Positions 13,946 to 27,883 of a stretch of 64,000 nt of DNA are shown here, in pieces (position 1 is the first letter of the stretch; the number at the start of each line of letters is the position of its first letter). Source of the stretch: Eledone cirrhosa (lineage: Eukaryota). Below the pieces are notes generated by a model. The model was not told the origin of the DNA. It worked only from the letters and a program-made list of their open reading frames with translations, and did not search any database. The stretch is from assembly GCA_964016885.1 (NCBI GenBank), contig OZ024747.1, forward strand, positions 8,680,001 to 8,744,000. The letters are read 5' to 3'. Position numbers and translations under genes: made by a program.

Positions 13946-16610
13946 CAGTAATACCTTACCAATAATACCAACAACACCACCAACAACAACACCAACACCA
14001 ACACCACCATCACCACCAACACCACCACCAACACCACCAACAACACCAACACCACCAACAACACCACCAACAACAACACCAACACCACCATCACCACCAA
14101 CACCACCACCAACACCACCAACAACACCACCAACAACAACACCAACAACAACACCAACACCACCAACAACACCATCACCAACACCATCACCACCACCACC
14201 ACCAACAACACCACCACCAACACCAACACCACCAACATAACCACCAACAACAACAACACCACCACCAACACCACCAACACCACCACCAACAACAACAACA
14301 CCAAAACCACCAACAACACCATCACCACCACCACCACCAACAACACCATTACCAACAACACCACCACCAACACCAACACCACCACCAACAACAACAACAC
14401 CATCACCAACACCACCACCACCAACAACAACAACACCAACACCACCAACAACACCATCACCAACACCACCACCACCACCAACAACACCACCACCAACACC
14501 ACCAACACCAACACCACCACCAACAACAACAACACCATCACCAACAACACCACCACCAACAACAACAACACCAACACCACCAACAACACCATCACCAACA
14601 CCACCACCACCACCAACACCACCAACAACACCAACAACACCACCACCAACACCAACACCACCACCAACAACACCAACACCACCACCAACACCACCACCAT
14701 CACCACCATCAACATCATCACCATCATCATCATCATCAGAAACAACAGCGACAGCAACGACAGCAGCAGTACTAACAGCACTAACACACAGCTCCAGTAA
14801 CACCAGCAGCAGCAACAGCAGCAGTACTAACACCACCATTAACAACACCACCACTATTACTACCCTAACACCACAACCCCATCACCAACACTAACACTGC
14901 CTTCACAACCACTAACACCACTACCATCACCAACACTACCACTAACACCATCACCACCACCACCACCAACACCACTAACACCACCACCACTACCACCACC
15001 ATTACTAACACCAACACCACCGACACTAACACTTCCAGTACCACCAATTCCACTACCACCAACACCACTACCATCCTAACACCAACACCACCAACACCAC
15101 TACCATCCTAACACCAACACCACCATCACTACCACCAACACCACTACCATCCTAACACCAACACCACCCTCACTACCACCAACACCACTACCATCCTAAC
15201 ACCAACACCACCATCACTACCACCAACACCACTACCATCCTAACACCAACACTGCCACCACCAACACCACCCTCACTACCACCAACACCACTACCATCCT
15301 AACACCAACACCACCCTCACTACCACCAACACCACTACCATCCTAACACCAACACCACCATCACTACCACCAACACCACTACCATCCTAACACCAACACC
15401 ACCATCACTACCACCAACACCACTACCATCCTAACACCAACACCACCATCACTACCACCAACACCACTACCATCCTAACACCAACACCACCATCACTACC
15501 ACCAACACCACTACCATCCTAACACCAACACTGCCACCACCAACACCACCCTCACTACCACCAACACCACTACCATCCTAACACCAACACCACCCTCACT
15601 ACCACCAACACCACTACCATCCTAACACCAACACCACCATCACTACCACCAACACCACTACCATCCTAACACCAACACCACCATCACTACCACCAACACC
15701 ACTACCATCCTAACACCAACACCACCCTCACTACCACCAACACCACTACCATCCTAACACCAACACCACCATCACTACCACCAACACCACTACCATCCTA
15801 ACACCAACACCACCATCACTACCACCAACACCACTACCATCCTAACACCAACACCACCCTCACTACCACCAACACCACTACCATCCTAACACCAACACCA
15901 CCATCACTACCACCAACACCACTACCATCCTAACACCAACACCACCCTCACTACCACCAACACCACCATCCTACCACCAACACCACCATCCTACCACCAA
16001 CACTAACACAACCCTCACTACCACCAACAACACCACCAACCTACCACCAACACCACTACCATCCTACCACCAACACCACTACCATCCTACCACCAACACC
16101 ACCATCCTACCACCAACACCACCATCCTACCACCAACACTAACACAACCCTCACTACTACCAACACCACTACTATCCTAACAACAACACCACCAACCTAC
16201 CACCAACACCACTACCATCCTACCACCAACACCACCATCCTACCACCAACACTAACACAACCCTCACTACCACCAACAACACCACCAACCTACCACCAAC
16301 ACCACTACCATCCTACCACCAACACCACTACCATCCTACCACCAACACCACCATCCTACCACCAACACCACCATCCTACCACCAACACTAACACCACCCT
16401 CACTACCACCAACACCACTACCATCCTACCACCAACACCACCCTCACTACCACCAACACCACCATCCTACCACCAACACCACCATCCTACCACCAACACT
16501 AACACCACCCTCACTACCACCAACACCACTACCATCCTAACAACAACACCACCCTCACTACCACCAACACCACTACCATCCTAACAACAACACAACCAAC
16601 AACAGCTAAC
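13945..16610. repeat. (CCA/CAA)n array grading into a 44-bp minisatellite (15050-15960) and its degenerate derivatives
   Basis: Period 44 (aacaccaacaccaccatcactaccaccaacaccactaccatcct) at 15301/15345. Confidence 0.9.
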
Positions 16611-16836
16611 CATGAACCTGCTAGAAACAGCAGCCATCCTTCCTTCACATCACACACACAGAGAAAGTGACATGCTGGACCTAGCTTGGGATGGTCAAGG
16701 CTGGAATGACTTTGATCACAGGTCTGCTTGATCAAGGCTGGCCTGGGGTTAAACAACAGCAACAGCAGTAGCAGCATGTCTACAACCACCATACCACTGC
16801 TCACTGTAACCTGATCAGGGCTGGCCTAGGGCTAAA

Positions 16837-19490
16837 TGACACCACCAACAACACCAGCAGCAATGACACCACCAACAACAGCAGCAGTAATAACAACAGC
16901 AACAGTAACAACAGCAGCAGTAACAACATCAGCAGCAATGACACCACCAACACAGCAGCAGTAATAACAGCAGCAACAGTAACAACAGCAGCAGTGACAC
17001 CACCAACAACAGCAGCAACAGTAACAACAGCAGCAGTAATAACAACAGCAACAGTTACAACAGCAGCAGTAATAACGACATCAACAGTGACACCACCAAC
17101 AACAGCAGCAGTAATAACAACAGCAACAGTTACAACAGCAGCAGTAACAATATCAGCAACAGTGACACCACCAACAACAGCAGCAGTAATAACAACAGCA
17201 ACAGTAACAACAGCAGCAGTAACAACATCAGCAGCAATGACACCACCAACACAGCAGCAGTAATAACAGCAGCAACAGTAACAACAGCAGCAGTAATAAC
17301 GACATCAACAGTGACACCACCAACAACAGCAGCAGTAATAACAACAGCAACAGTTACAACAGCAGCAGTAACAATATCAGCAACAATGACACCACCAACA
17401 ACAGCAGCAGTAATAACAACAGCAACAGTAACAACAGCAGCAGTAACAACATCAGCAGCAATGACACCACCAACACAGCAGCAGTAATAACAGCAGCAAC
17501 AGTAACAACAGCAGCAGTAATAACGACATCAACAGTGACACCACCAACAACAGCAGCAGTAATAACAACAGCAACAGTTACAACAGCAGCAGTAACAATA
17601 TCAGCAACAGTGACACCACCAACAACAGCAGCAGTAATAACAACAGCAACAGTTACAACAGCAGCAGTAACAATATCAGCAACAGTGACACCACCAACAA
17701 CAGCAGCAGTAATAACAACAGCAACAGGAACAACAGCAGCAGTAATAACAACAGCAGCAATGACACCACCAACAACAGCAACAGTAATAACAACAGCAAC
17801 AGGAACAACAGCAGCAGTAATAACAACAGCAACAGTTACAACAGCAGCAGTAACAATATCAGCAGCAGTGACACCACCAACAACAGCAACAGTAATAACA
17901 CCAGCAACAGTAACAACAGCAGCAGTAATAACAACAGCAGCAGTAATAACAACAGCAGCAGTGACACCACCAACAACAGCAACAGTAATAACAACAGCAA
18001 CAGTTACAACAGCAGCAGTAATAACACCAGCAACAGTAACAACAGCAGCAGTAACAACATCAGCAGCAATGACACCACCAACAACAGCAGCAGTAATAAC
18101 AACAGCAACAGTTACAACAGCAGCAGTAACAACATCAGCAGCAATGACACCACCAACAACAGCAGCAGTAATAACAACAGCAACAGTTACAACAGCAGCA
18201 GTAACAACATCAGCAGCAATGACACCACCAACACAGCAACAGGAACAACAGCAACAGGAACAACAGCAGCAGTAATAACAACAGCAGCAGTAATAACAAC
18301 AGCAGCAGTGACACCACCAACAACAGCAACAGTAATAACAACAGCAACAGGAACAACAGCAGCAGTAATAACAACAGCAGCAGTAATAACAACAGCAGCA
18401 GTGACACCACCAACAACAGCAACAGTAATAACACCAGCAACAGTAACAACAGCAGCAGTAATAACAACAGCAGCAGTGACACCACCAACAACAGCAGCAG
18501 TAATAACAACAGCAGCAGTGACACCACCAACAACAGCAGCAGTAATAACAACAGCAGCAGTGACACCACCAACAACAGCAACAGTAATAACAACAGCAAC
18601 AGTTACAACAGCAGCAGTAATAACACCAGCAACAGTAACAACAGCAGCAGTAACAACATCAGCAGCAATGACACCACCAACAACAGCAGCAGTAATAACA
18701 ACAGCAACAGTTACAACAGCAGCAGTAACAACATCAGCAGCAATGACACCACCAACAACAGCAGCAGTAATAACAACAGCAACAGTTACAACAGCAGCAG
18801 TAACAATATCAGCAGCAATGACACCACCAACACAGCAACAGGAACAACAGCAACAGGAACAACAGCAGCAGTAATAACAACAGCAGCAGTAATAACAACA
18901 GCAGCAGTGACACCACCAACAACAGCAACAGTAATAACAACAGCAACAGGAACAACAGCAGCAGTAATAACAACAGCAGCAGTGACACCACCAACAACAG
19001 CAACAGTAATAACACCAGCAACAGTAACAACAGCAGCAGTAATAACAACAGCAGCAGTGACACCACCAACAACAGCAGCAGTAATAACAACAGCAGCAGT
19101 GACACCACCAACAACAGCAGCAGTAATAACAACAGCAGCAGTGACACCACCAACAACAGCAACAGTAATAACAACAGCAACAGGAACAACAGCAGCAGTA
19201 ATAACAACAGCAGCAGTGACACCACCAACAACAGCAACAGTAATAACACCAGCAACAGGAACAACAGCAGCAGTAATAACAACAGCAGCAGTAATAACAA
19301 CAGCAGCAGTGACACCACCAACACAGCAGCAGTAATAACAACAGCAACAGTGACACCACCAACAACAGCAGCAGTAATAACAGCAACAGTGACAACAGCA
19401 ACAAAAGCGGCAGCATTAACAGCAGCAGCAGTAACAACAGCAGCAACAGTAATAACAGCAACAGTAACAACTGCAGCAGCAGCAGCTGTA
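16837..19490. repeat. (CAA/CAG/TAA)-based higher-order array
   Basis: Recurrent gtgacaccaccaacaacagcagcagtaataacaacagcaacagt modules. Confidence 0.9.
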
Positions 19491-19529
19491 GTAGTGCATA
19501 CTTGATGCACATTGTTAAAGATGTTCACT

Positions 19530-22460
19530 ATAATGTTGTTGTTGTTGTTGTTAGTACAGCTGATGATGATGATGACAATGATGATAGTTACTACGATGAT
19601 GTTGCTGCTGATGTTATTGTTGTGGTCATTCCTGTTGTCGTTGTTGTTGTTGTTGCTGCTGCACTTGTTGTCATTGCTGTTGTTGCTGCTGCAGTTGTTG
19701 TCATTACTGTTGTTGCTGCTGCAGTTGTTGTCATTACTGTTGTTGCTGCTGCAGTTGTTGTCATTGCTGTTGTTGTTGCTGCAGTTGTTGTCATTACTGT
19801 TGTTGCTGCTGCAGTTGTTGTCATTGCTGTTGTTGCTGCTGCAGTTGTTGTCATTGCTGTTGTTGCTGCTGCAGTTGTTGTCATTGCTGTTGTTGCTGCT
19901 GCAGTTGTTGTCATTGCTGTTGTTGTTGTCATTACTGTTGTTGCTGTCATTGCTGTTGTTGTTGCTGCAGTTGTTGTCATTACTGTTGTTGCTGCTGCAG
20001 TTGTTGTCATTACTGTTGTTGCTGCTGCAGTTGTTGTCATTGCTGTTGTTGCTGCTGCAGTTGTTGTCATTGCTGTTGTTGCTGCTGCAGTTGTTGTCAT
20101 TGCTGTTGTTGCTGCTGCAGTTGTTGTCATTGCTGTTGTTGTTGCTGCAGTTGTTGTCATTGCTGTTGTTGCTGCTGCAGTTGTTGTCATTGCTGTTGTT
20201 GCTGCTGCAGTTGTTGTCATTGCTGTTGTTGCTGCTGCAGTTTTTGTCATTGCTGGTGTTGCTGCTGCAGTTGTTGTCATTGCTGTTGTTGCTGCTGCAG
20301 TTGTTGTCATTACTGTTGTTGCTGCTGCAGTTGTTGTCATTACTGTTGTTGCTGCTGCAGTTGTTGTCATTACTGTTGTTGCTGCTGCAGTTGTTGTCAT
20401 TGCTGTTGTTGTTGCTGCAGTTGTTGTCATTACTGTTGTTGCTGCTGCAGTTGTTGTCATTACTGTTGTTGCTGCTGCAGTTGTTGTCATTGCTGTTGTT
20501 GCTGCTGCAGTTGTTGTCATTGCTGTTGTTGCTGCTGCAGTTGTTGTCATTGCTGTTGTTGCTGCTGCAGTTGTTGTCATTGCTGTTGTTGCTGCTGTTG
20601 TTGTTGTCATTGCTGTTGTTGCTGCTGCAGTTGTTGTCATTGCTGTTGTTGCTGTTGCAGTTGTTGTCATTGCTGCTGCAGTTGTTGTCATTGCTGTTGT
20701 TGCTGCTGCAGTTGTTGTCATTGCTGTTGTTGCTGCTGTTGTTGCTGCTGCAGTTGTTGTCATTGCTGTTGTTGCTGCTGCAGTTGTTGTCATTGCTGTT
20801 GTTGCTGCTGCAGTTGTTGTCATTGCTGTTGTTGCTGCTGCAGTTGTTGTCATTGCTGTTGTTGTTGCTGCAGTTGTTGTCATTGCTGTTGTTGCTGCTG
20901 CAGTTGTTGTCATTGCTGTTGTTGCTGCTGCAGTTGTTGTCATTGCTGTTGTTGCTGCTGCAGTTGTTGTCATTGCTGCTGCAGTTGTTGTCATTGCTGT
21001 TGTTGCTGCTGCAGTTGTTGTCATTGCTGTTGTTGCTGTTGCAGTTGTTGTCATTGCTGTTGTTGCTGCTGCAGTTGTTGTCATTGCTGTTGTTGCTACT
21101 GCAGTTGTTGTCATTGCTGTTGTTGCTATTGCAGTTGTTGTCATTGCTGCTGCAGTTGTTGTCATTGCTGTTGTTGCTGCTGCAGTTGTTGTCATTGCTG
21201 TTGTTGTTGCTGCTGCAGTTGTTGTCATTGCTGTTGTTGCTGCTGCAGTTGTTGTCATTGCTGCTGTTGCTGCTGCAGTTGTTGTCATTGCTGTTGTTGC
21301 TGCTGCAGTTGTTGTCATTACTGTTGTTGCTGCTGCAGTTGTTGTCATTGCTGTTGTTGCTGCTGCAGTTGTTGTCATTACTGTTGTTGCTGCTGCAGTT
21401 GTTGTCATTGCTGTTGTTGCTGCTGCAGTTGTTGTCATTGCTGTTGTTGCTGCTGTTGTTGCTGCTGCAGTTGTTGTCATTGCTGTTGTTGCTGCTGCAG
21501 TTGTTGTCATTGTTGTTGCTGCTGCAGTTGTTGTCATTGCTGTTGTTGCTGCTGTTGTTGCTGCTGCAGTTGTTGTCATTGCTGTTGTTGCTGTTGCAGT
21601 TGTTGTCATTGCTGTTGTTGCTGCTGCAGTTGTTGTCATTGCTGTTGTTGCTGCTGTTGTTGCTGCTGTTGTTGCTGCTGCAGTTGTTGTCATTGCTGTT
21701 GTTGCTGCTGCAGTTGTTGTCATTGCTGTTGTTGCTGCTGTTGTTGCTGCTGCTGCAGTTGTTGTCATTGCTGTTGTTGCTGCTGCAGTTGTTGTCATTG
21801 CTGTTGTTGCTGTTGCAGTTGTTGTCATTGCTGTTGTTGCTGCTGCAGTTGTTGTCATTGCTGTTGTTGCTGCTGCAATTGTTGTCATTGCTGTTGTTGC
21901 TGCTGCAATTGTTGTCATTGCTGTTGTTGCTGCTGTTGTTGCTGCTGCAGTTGTTGTCATTGCTGCTGCAGTTGTTGTCATTGCTGTTGTTGCTGCTGCA
22001 GTTGTTGTCATTGCTGTTGTTGCTGCTGCAGTTGTTGTCATTGCTGTTGTTGTTGCTGCTGCAGTTGTTGTCATTGCTGTTGTTGCTGCTGCAGTTGTTG
22101 TCATTGCTGTTGTTGCTGCTGTTGTTGCTGCTGCAGTTGTTGTCATTGCTGTTGTTGCTGCTGTTGTTGCTGCTGCAGTTGTTGTCATTGCTGTTGTTGC
22201 TGCTGTTGTTGCTGCTGCAGTTGTTGTCATTGCTGTTGTTGCTGCTGTTGTTGCTGCTGCAGTTGTTGTCATTGCTGTTGTTGCTGCTGTTGTTGCTGCT
22301 GCAGTTGTTGTCATTGCTGTTGTTGCTGCTGTTGTTGCTGCTGTTGTTGCTGCTGCAGTTGTTGTCATTGCTGTTGTTGCTGCTGCAGTTGTTGTCATTG
22401 CTGTTGTTGTTGTTTTTATTGTTGCTGTTGTTGTTGTTATTGATGTTATTGTTGCTAATG
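19530..22460. repeat. 30-bp minisatellite (gttgttgtcattgctgttgttgctgctgca)
   Basis: Period 30 seen directly. Confidence 0.95.
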
Positions 22461-22514
22461 ATGATGTCGTATGTTATTACTACAGCTGCTCATGATGATG
22501 ACAACAAATGGAAA

Positions 22515-23100
22515 TGGCGGTGGTAGTGGTGGTGGTGGTGGAGGCAGTTGTAGTGGTGGTGGTGGTGGGGGTTGTAGTGGTGGTGGTAGTGGCAGGTATA
22601 GTGGTGGAGGTGGCTATTGTAGTGGTGGTGGTGGCAATTGTAGTGGTGGTGGTAGTGGTGGTAGTGGAGGTTGTAGTGGTGGTGGTAGCAATTGTAGTGG
22701 TGGTGGTGGCAATTGTAGTGGTGGTGGTAGTGGTGGTAGTGGAGGTTGTAGTGGTGGTGGTAGCAATTGTAGTGGTGATGGTGGCAGTTGTAGTAGTGGC
22801 GGTAGTGGCAGTTGTAGTGGTGGTGGTGGCAATTGTAGTGGTGGTGGTGGCAATTGTAGTGGTGGTGGTAGTGGTGGTGGCAGTTGTAGTGGTGGTGATG
22901 GCAGTTGTAGTGATGATGGTGGTGGTAGTGGTGGCAGTTGTGGTGTTGGTTGTAGTGATGGTGGTGACCTTTGTAGTGGTGGTAGTGGTAGCGGTGGTGG
23001 TGATAGTGGTGGCAATGGTGGTAGTGATGGTGGTGGTGGTGGGAGTGGTACTGTTGGTGGTGGTGATGATGTTGATGATGGTGTTGTTTTTGTTGTTGTC
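22515..23100. repeat. (GGT)-based array
   Basis: Seen directly. Confidence 0.9.
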
Positions 23101-23304
23101 TTGTGTTGTTAAAGGTCACTGTTGATGCTGTTGCTGGGGAACCAGGGGTGACAACTGGGGATGACAAAGATGATGACGCTGATGATGATGGCTGCTGCCA
23201 CTACTGCTGCTGCTATTGTTGTTTAGCCCAGGGTCAACTCTGATCAAAGCTAGACCTTTGTTAGACAACATTGTTCCAGTTGTGGCTATCCCATCTGTTA
23301 CTAA

Positions 23305-23691
23305 ATATATATATATTATATGTATATATATGTGTTATATATTATATGTATATATACATATGTTATATGTATTATATGTATATATACATATGTTATATAT
23401 GTTATATATATATGTATATATACATATGTTATATATATATATATTATATGTGTATATACATATGTTATATATATATATTATATATATACATATATATATA
23501 TATTATGTGTAAATACATGTTATATATATATTATATATATATTATATATATACATATATATTATATATATATTATATATATACATATATATTATATATAT
23601 ACATATATATATATATTATATGTATATATACATATGTTATATATATATATATACATATGTGATATATATATTATATGTATATATACATATG

Positions 23692-23754
<63 letters not shown>

Positions 23755-24021
23755 GTTATATATATACATATGTTATATATATACATATGTTATATATATA
23801 CATATGTTATATATATACATATGTTATATATATACATATGTTATATATATACATATGTTATATATATATATATGTTATATATATATATATATATGTTATA
23901 TATATATATATGTTATATATATATATATGTTATATATATATATATGTTATATATATATATATGTTATATATATATATATATATATGTTATATATATATAT
24001 ATGTTATATATATATATATGT

Positions 24022-24058
<37 letters not shown>

Positions 24059-24495
24059 ACATATGTTATATATATATATACATATGTTATATATACATAT
24101 GTTATATATTATATGTTATATATACATATGTTATATATTATATGTGTATATACATATGTTATATATATATATATATAATATGTATATATACATATGTTAT
24201 ATATATATATAATATGTATATATACATATGTTATATATATATATTATATGTATATATACATATGTTATATATAAATATATATTATATGTTATATATACAG
24301 ATATATTATATGTGTATATACATATATGTTATATATATATATATATATATACATATGTTATATATATTATGTGTATACACATATATATATTATGTGTATA
24401 CACATATATATATTATGTGTATACATATATATATATATGTATATATACATACATATAATATATATATATACACACATATAATATATATATATACA
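23305..24495. repeat. (TA)n-derived array (tatatatacatatgt)
   Basis: Seen directly. Confidence 0.95.
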
Positions 24496-24799
24496 GATGA
24501 TGGGGTTTATGATGTTGATGATGACAGCTATTGCTACTGTTGCTGTTGTTGTTGTTGTTGTTTAACCCAGGGTCAACTCTGATCAAAACAAAACCCATGA
24601 TAGAAAGCATTGCTCCAACTGTGACCATCCCTTTGGTTAATATATATGTTGTTGTTGTTGTTTAGACATTGTATATATCTAGTATCACACTATACAATAT
24701 CTCCCTCATTTTATTTATTAAGGACTATAATTTGAAGGAGATTTGGCTGCTATTTTTAGCAGGTTGAGCGACCATATTGTTTATAGTACATATGTTATT

Positions 24800-26040
24800 G
24801 GTGGTGGTGGTGAGAGTGGTGAGGGTGATGGTGGCGGTGATGTGATGATGGTGGTGGTGGCGGTAGTGGTGAGGGTGACGGTGGTGGCGGTGAAGGGTGG
24901 TGAGGGTGGTGGTGGTGAGGGTGGTGGTGGTGAGGGTGGTAGTGGTGGTGAGGGTGGTGGTGGTGGTGGTGGTGGTGGTGGTGAGGGTGGTAGTGGTGGT
25001 GATGTGATGATGGTGATGGTGATCATGATCAAGGTAAGGATGCTGATGATGGTGGTGAGGGTGGTGATGGTGATGGTGGTGGTGGTGGTGAGAGTGGTGG
25101 TTATGGTGATGGTGGTGATGGTGGTAGTGTTGGTGGTGGTAGCGGTGGTGCTAGTAGTGATGTTAGTGGTGATGGTGGTGCAAGTGGTGGTGGTGGTGGT
25201 GGTGGTGGTGGTGGTGGTAGTGGTGGTACTAGTGGTGATGGTGGTAGTGGTGGTGATGGTGGTGGTGGTGGTGGTGGTGGTGGTGGTGCTAGTGGTGGTG
25301 ATGGTGGTGGTGCTAGTGTTGATGGTGGTGATGGTGGTAGTGTTGGTGATGGTAGCGGTGGTGCTAGTAGTGATGTTAGTGGTGATGGTGGTGCAAGTGG
25401 TGGTGGTGGTGGTGGTAGTGGTGCTAGTGTTGATGGTGGTGGTGGTAGTGGTGGTGATGGTGGTGGTCGTGGTGGTGGTGCTAGTGGTGGTGGTGGTGGT
25501 GCTAGTGTTGATGGTGGTGGTGATGGTAGTGGTGGTAGTGGTGCTAGTGGTGATGGTGGTGGTGGTGCTAGTGTTGATGGTGGTGATGCTAGTGGTGGTG
25601 ATGGTGGTGGTGGTAGTGGTGCTAGTGGTGATGGTGGTGGTGGTGCTAGTGTTGATGGTGGTGGTGCTAGTGGTGGCGATGGTGGTGGTGGTAGTGGTGC
25701 AAGTGGTGATAGTGGTGGTGGTAGTGGTGGTGATGGTAGTGGTGCAAGTGGTGATAGTGGTGGTGGTGGTTCTAGTGGTAGTGGTGGTGGTAGTGGTGGT
25801 GGTGGTGGTGGTAGTGGTGGTGATGGTAGTGGTGGTGGTGGTGCTAGTGGTGGTGGTGGTGGTAGTGGTGGTGGTGGTGCTAGTGGTGGTGGTGGTGGTA
25901 GTGTTGCTAGTGCTAGTGCTGGTAGTGGTAGTGGTAGTGGTAGTGGTAGTGGTGTACTATGACTAGTAATGCTGCTGATGTTGTTTTCAATGTCAATGTT
26001 AATATCGCCACTGTTGCAACTGCTGCTGTTGTTGCTGTTA

Positions 26041-26076
<36 letters not shown>

Positions 26077-26540
26077 TTATTGCTGCTGTTGTTGTTGCTG
26101 CTGTTATTGTTGCTGTTATTGCTGCTGTTGTTGTTGCTGTTATTGCTGTTGTTGTTGTTATTGCTGCTGTTGTTGTTGTTGCTGCTGTTGTTGTTGCTGT
26201 TATTGCTGTTGTTGTTGTTATTGCTGCTGTTGTTGTTGTTGCTGTTGTTGTTGTTATCGCTGTTGTTGTTGTTGTTGCTGTTGTTGTTGTTGCTGCTGTT
26301 GTTGTTCTTGTTATTGCTGTTGTTGTTGTTATTGTTGTTGCTGTTATTGATGTTGTTGTTGTTGTTGTTGTTATTGTTGTTATCGCTGTTGTTGTTGCTG
26401 TTGCTGCTGCTGTTGTTGTTGTTGCTGTTATTGATGTTGTTGATGATGTTGATTTTGTTGTTTGGTGTTATGGTGGTAGTGGTGTTGCTGCTACTGTTGC
26501 TGTTACTGCTTTGTTATTGTTGATGGTGGTTGTTGTTGCT
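24800..26540. repeat. (GGT)n then (GTT/GCT)n arrays
   Basis: Seen directly. Confidence 0.95.
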
Positions 26541-27019
26541 AGATAAGGTAGTCTTATACATTCCTAAAAATGACAGGATGGTCATAGTTGGAATGCCTTT
26601 AATGCCAATGAAGAAAGTCTCTACATGGTCGTTAGACCTACTAGATAGAGCAGCCAAATTTCTCTCATCAAACACCGTGCTGTCTTTAAAATAGGCCACA
26701 AGGAATGGTTCTCCATCAGTTTCTATGATGAGTGTTTAAGCTGTTCAAACAGAACAGCCTGCTCATGAAATTAACATATAAGTGGCTGAGTATTCCTCAA
26801 ACTCATGTACCCTTAATGTAATTCTCAGGGCAATTCAGCATGACACAGTATGTGATATTACAAGCTTTATGAATTATATGTTCAGACCATACAACGGGCT
26901 TCCAAACAGCTTCTGTCAACAAATTTCACTCACAAGGTTCAGATCGACCTGAGGCTATGGAAAATGACACTTGCCCGAGATGTCATGCAGAGGGATTGAC
27001 CCTGGAACCTTATATATAT

Positions 27020-27445
27020 ATTAGCCGAATTACCTGCGCCTTGCTGCGTTTCACACATTTTTTTTGTAAGAAAATGATGTTTGATTTTAAACCAGTGATA
27101 TAATTTATGGAGAAAACCTCTGCATTTCAATATTACTCAATGTAAAATGTAATGCATGAAAAATTGGAAAACATTATTTTTTTGTAATATATCAAATCAA
27201 AATTACATTATTAAATCTTATTCTTATTTTGTTTCTTGTAAATAATTTTCTTGTAAATTTTCAGCGGGGGTTTGTGGCCCTGGGAACCCTTTGATTAAAA
27301 TGAAATATACTTATCCAAGTACCCTGAGCAATGTAGTTTCAGAATATATATGGTTAAGGGGGTCTATCTCCAAAACCATGGGAGGAGTTCGTGAACAAAC
27401 AGACAAACAGACAGGAACTACAACTTTATATATATATAGATATAT
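27020..27445 (+). mobile_element. Probable non-autonomous Helitron/Helentron (HINE-like) element
   Basis: Starts attagccgaattacctgcgccttgctgcg, has a subterminal acaaacagacaaacagaca microsatellite and ends ctttatatatatatagat in a TA context, as in DINE-1/HINE-type elements. Confidence 0.5.
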
Positions 27446-27883
27446 ATAGATATATATATATATATATTTAGTTAATGCGTTTGACATTACAAGTTTTATG
27501 AAATCCATGTTCAGACCCTTGAATGAGCTTCCAAACAGCTTCTGTCAACAAAGAGAAAGGGAGAGAAAGGGAGAAGGAAGAGGTGGAGAAAGAATTGACC
27601 TCAGTACTGGACTGGTAGTTTATCGACCTCAAAAGGATGAAAAGCAAAGTTGATGATCATGTACACACGCATATAATTCATCACAGTTGTTCATAGGATT
27701 GTGTATTTGGGGTCAAACATTCTTTAAGCAAAACCCCTTTCTCTTTAAATATTGATTTTTTTTACTGACCGGGCACAGTGCCAAATTTTAGGAAGAAAGA
27801 ATGTTTTACACAGCTACAGCTGAATTAACCCTATTATATAATACTTTATTTATCTATCCCTGGGGTATGTTATACCATGTCAT

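Noticed and set aside
3760-26546. Very long ORFs (up to 1036 aa; poly-V/T/L/H, mucin-like or Gly-rich)
   Set aside because: They are translations of trinucleotide-derived tandem arrays, open in several frames on both strands, with frameshifts between units and no unique domains or splice context.
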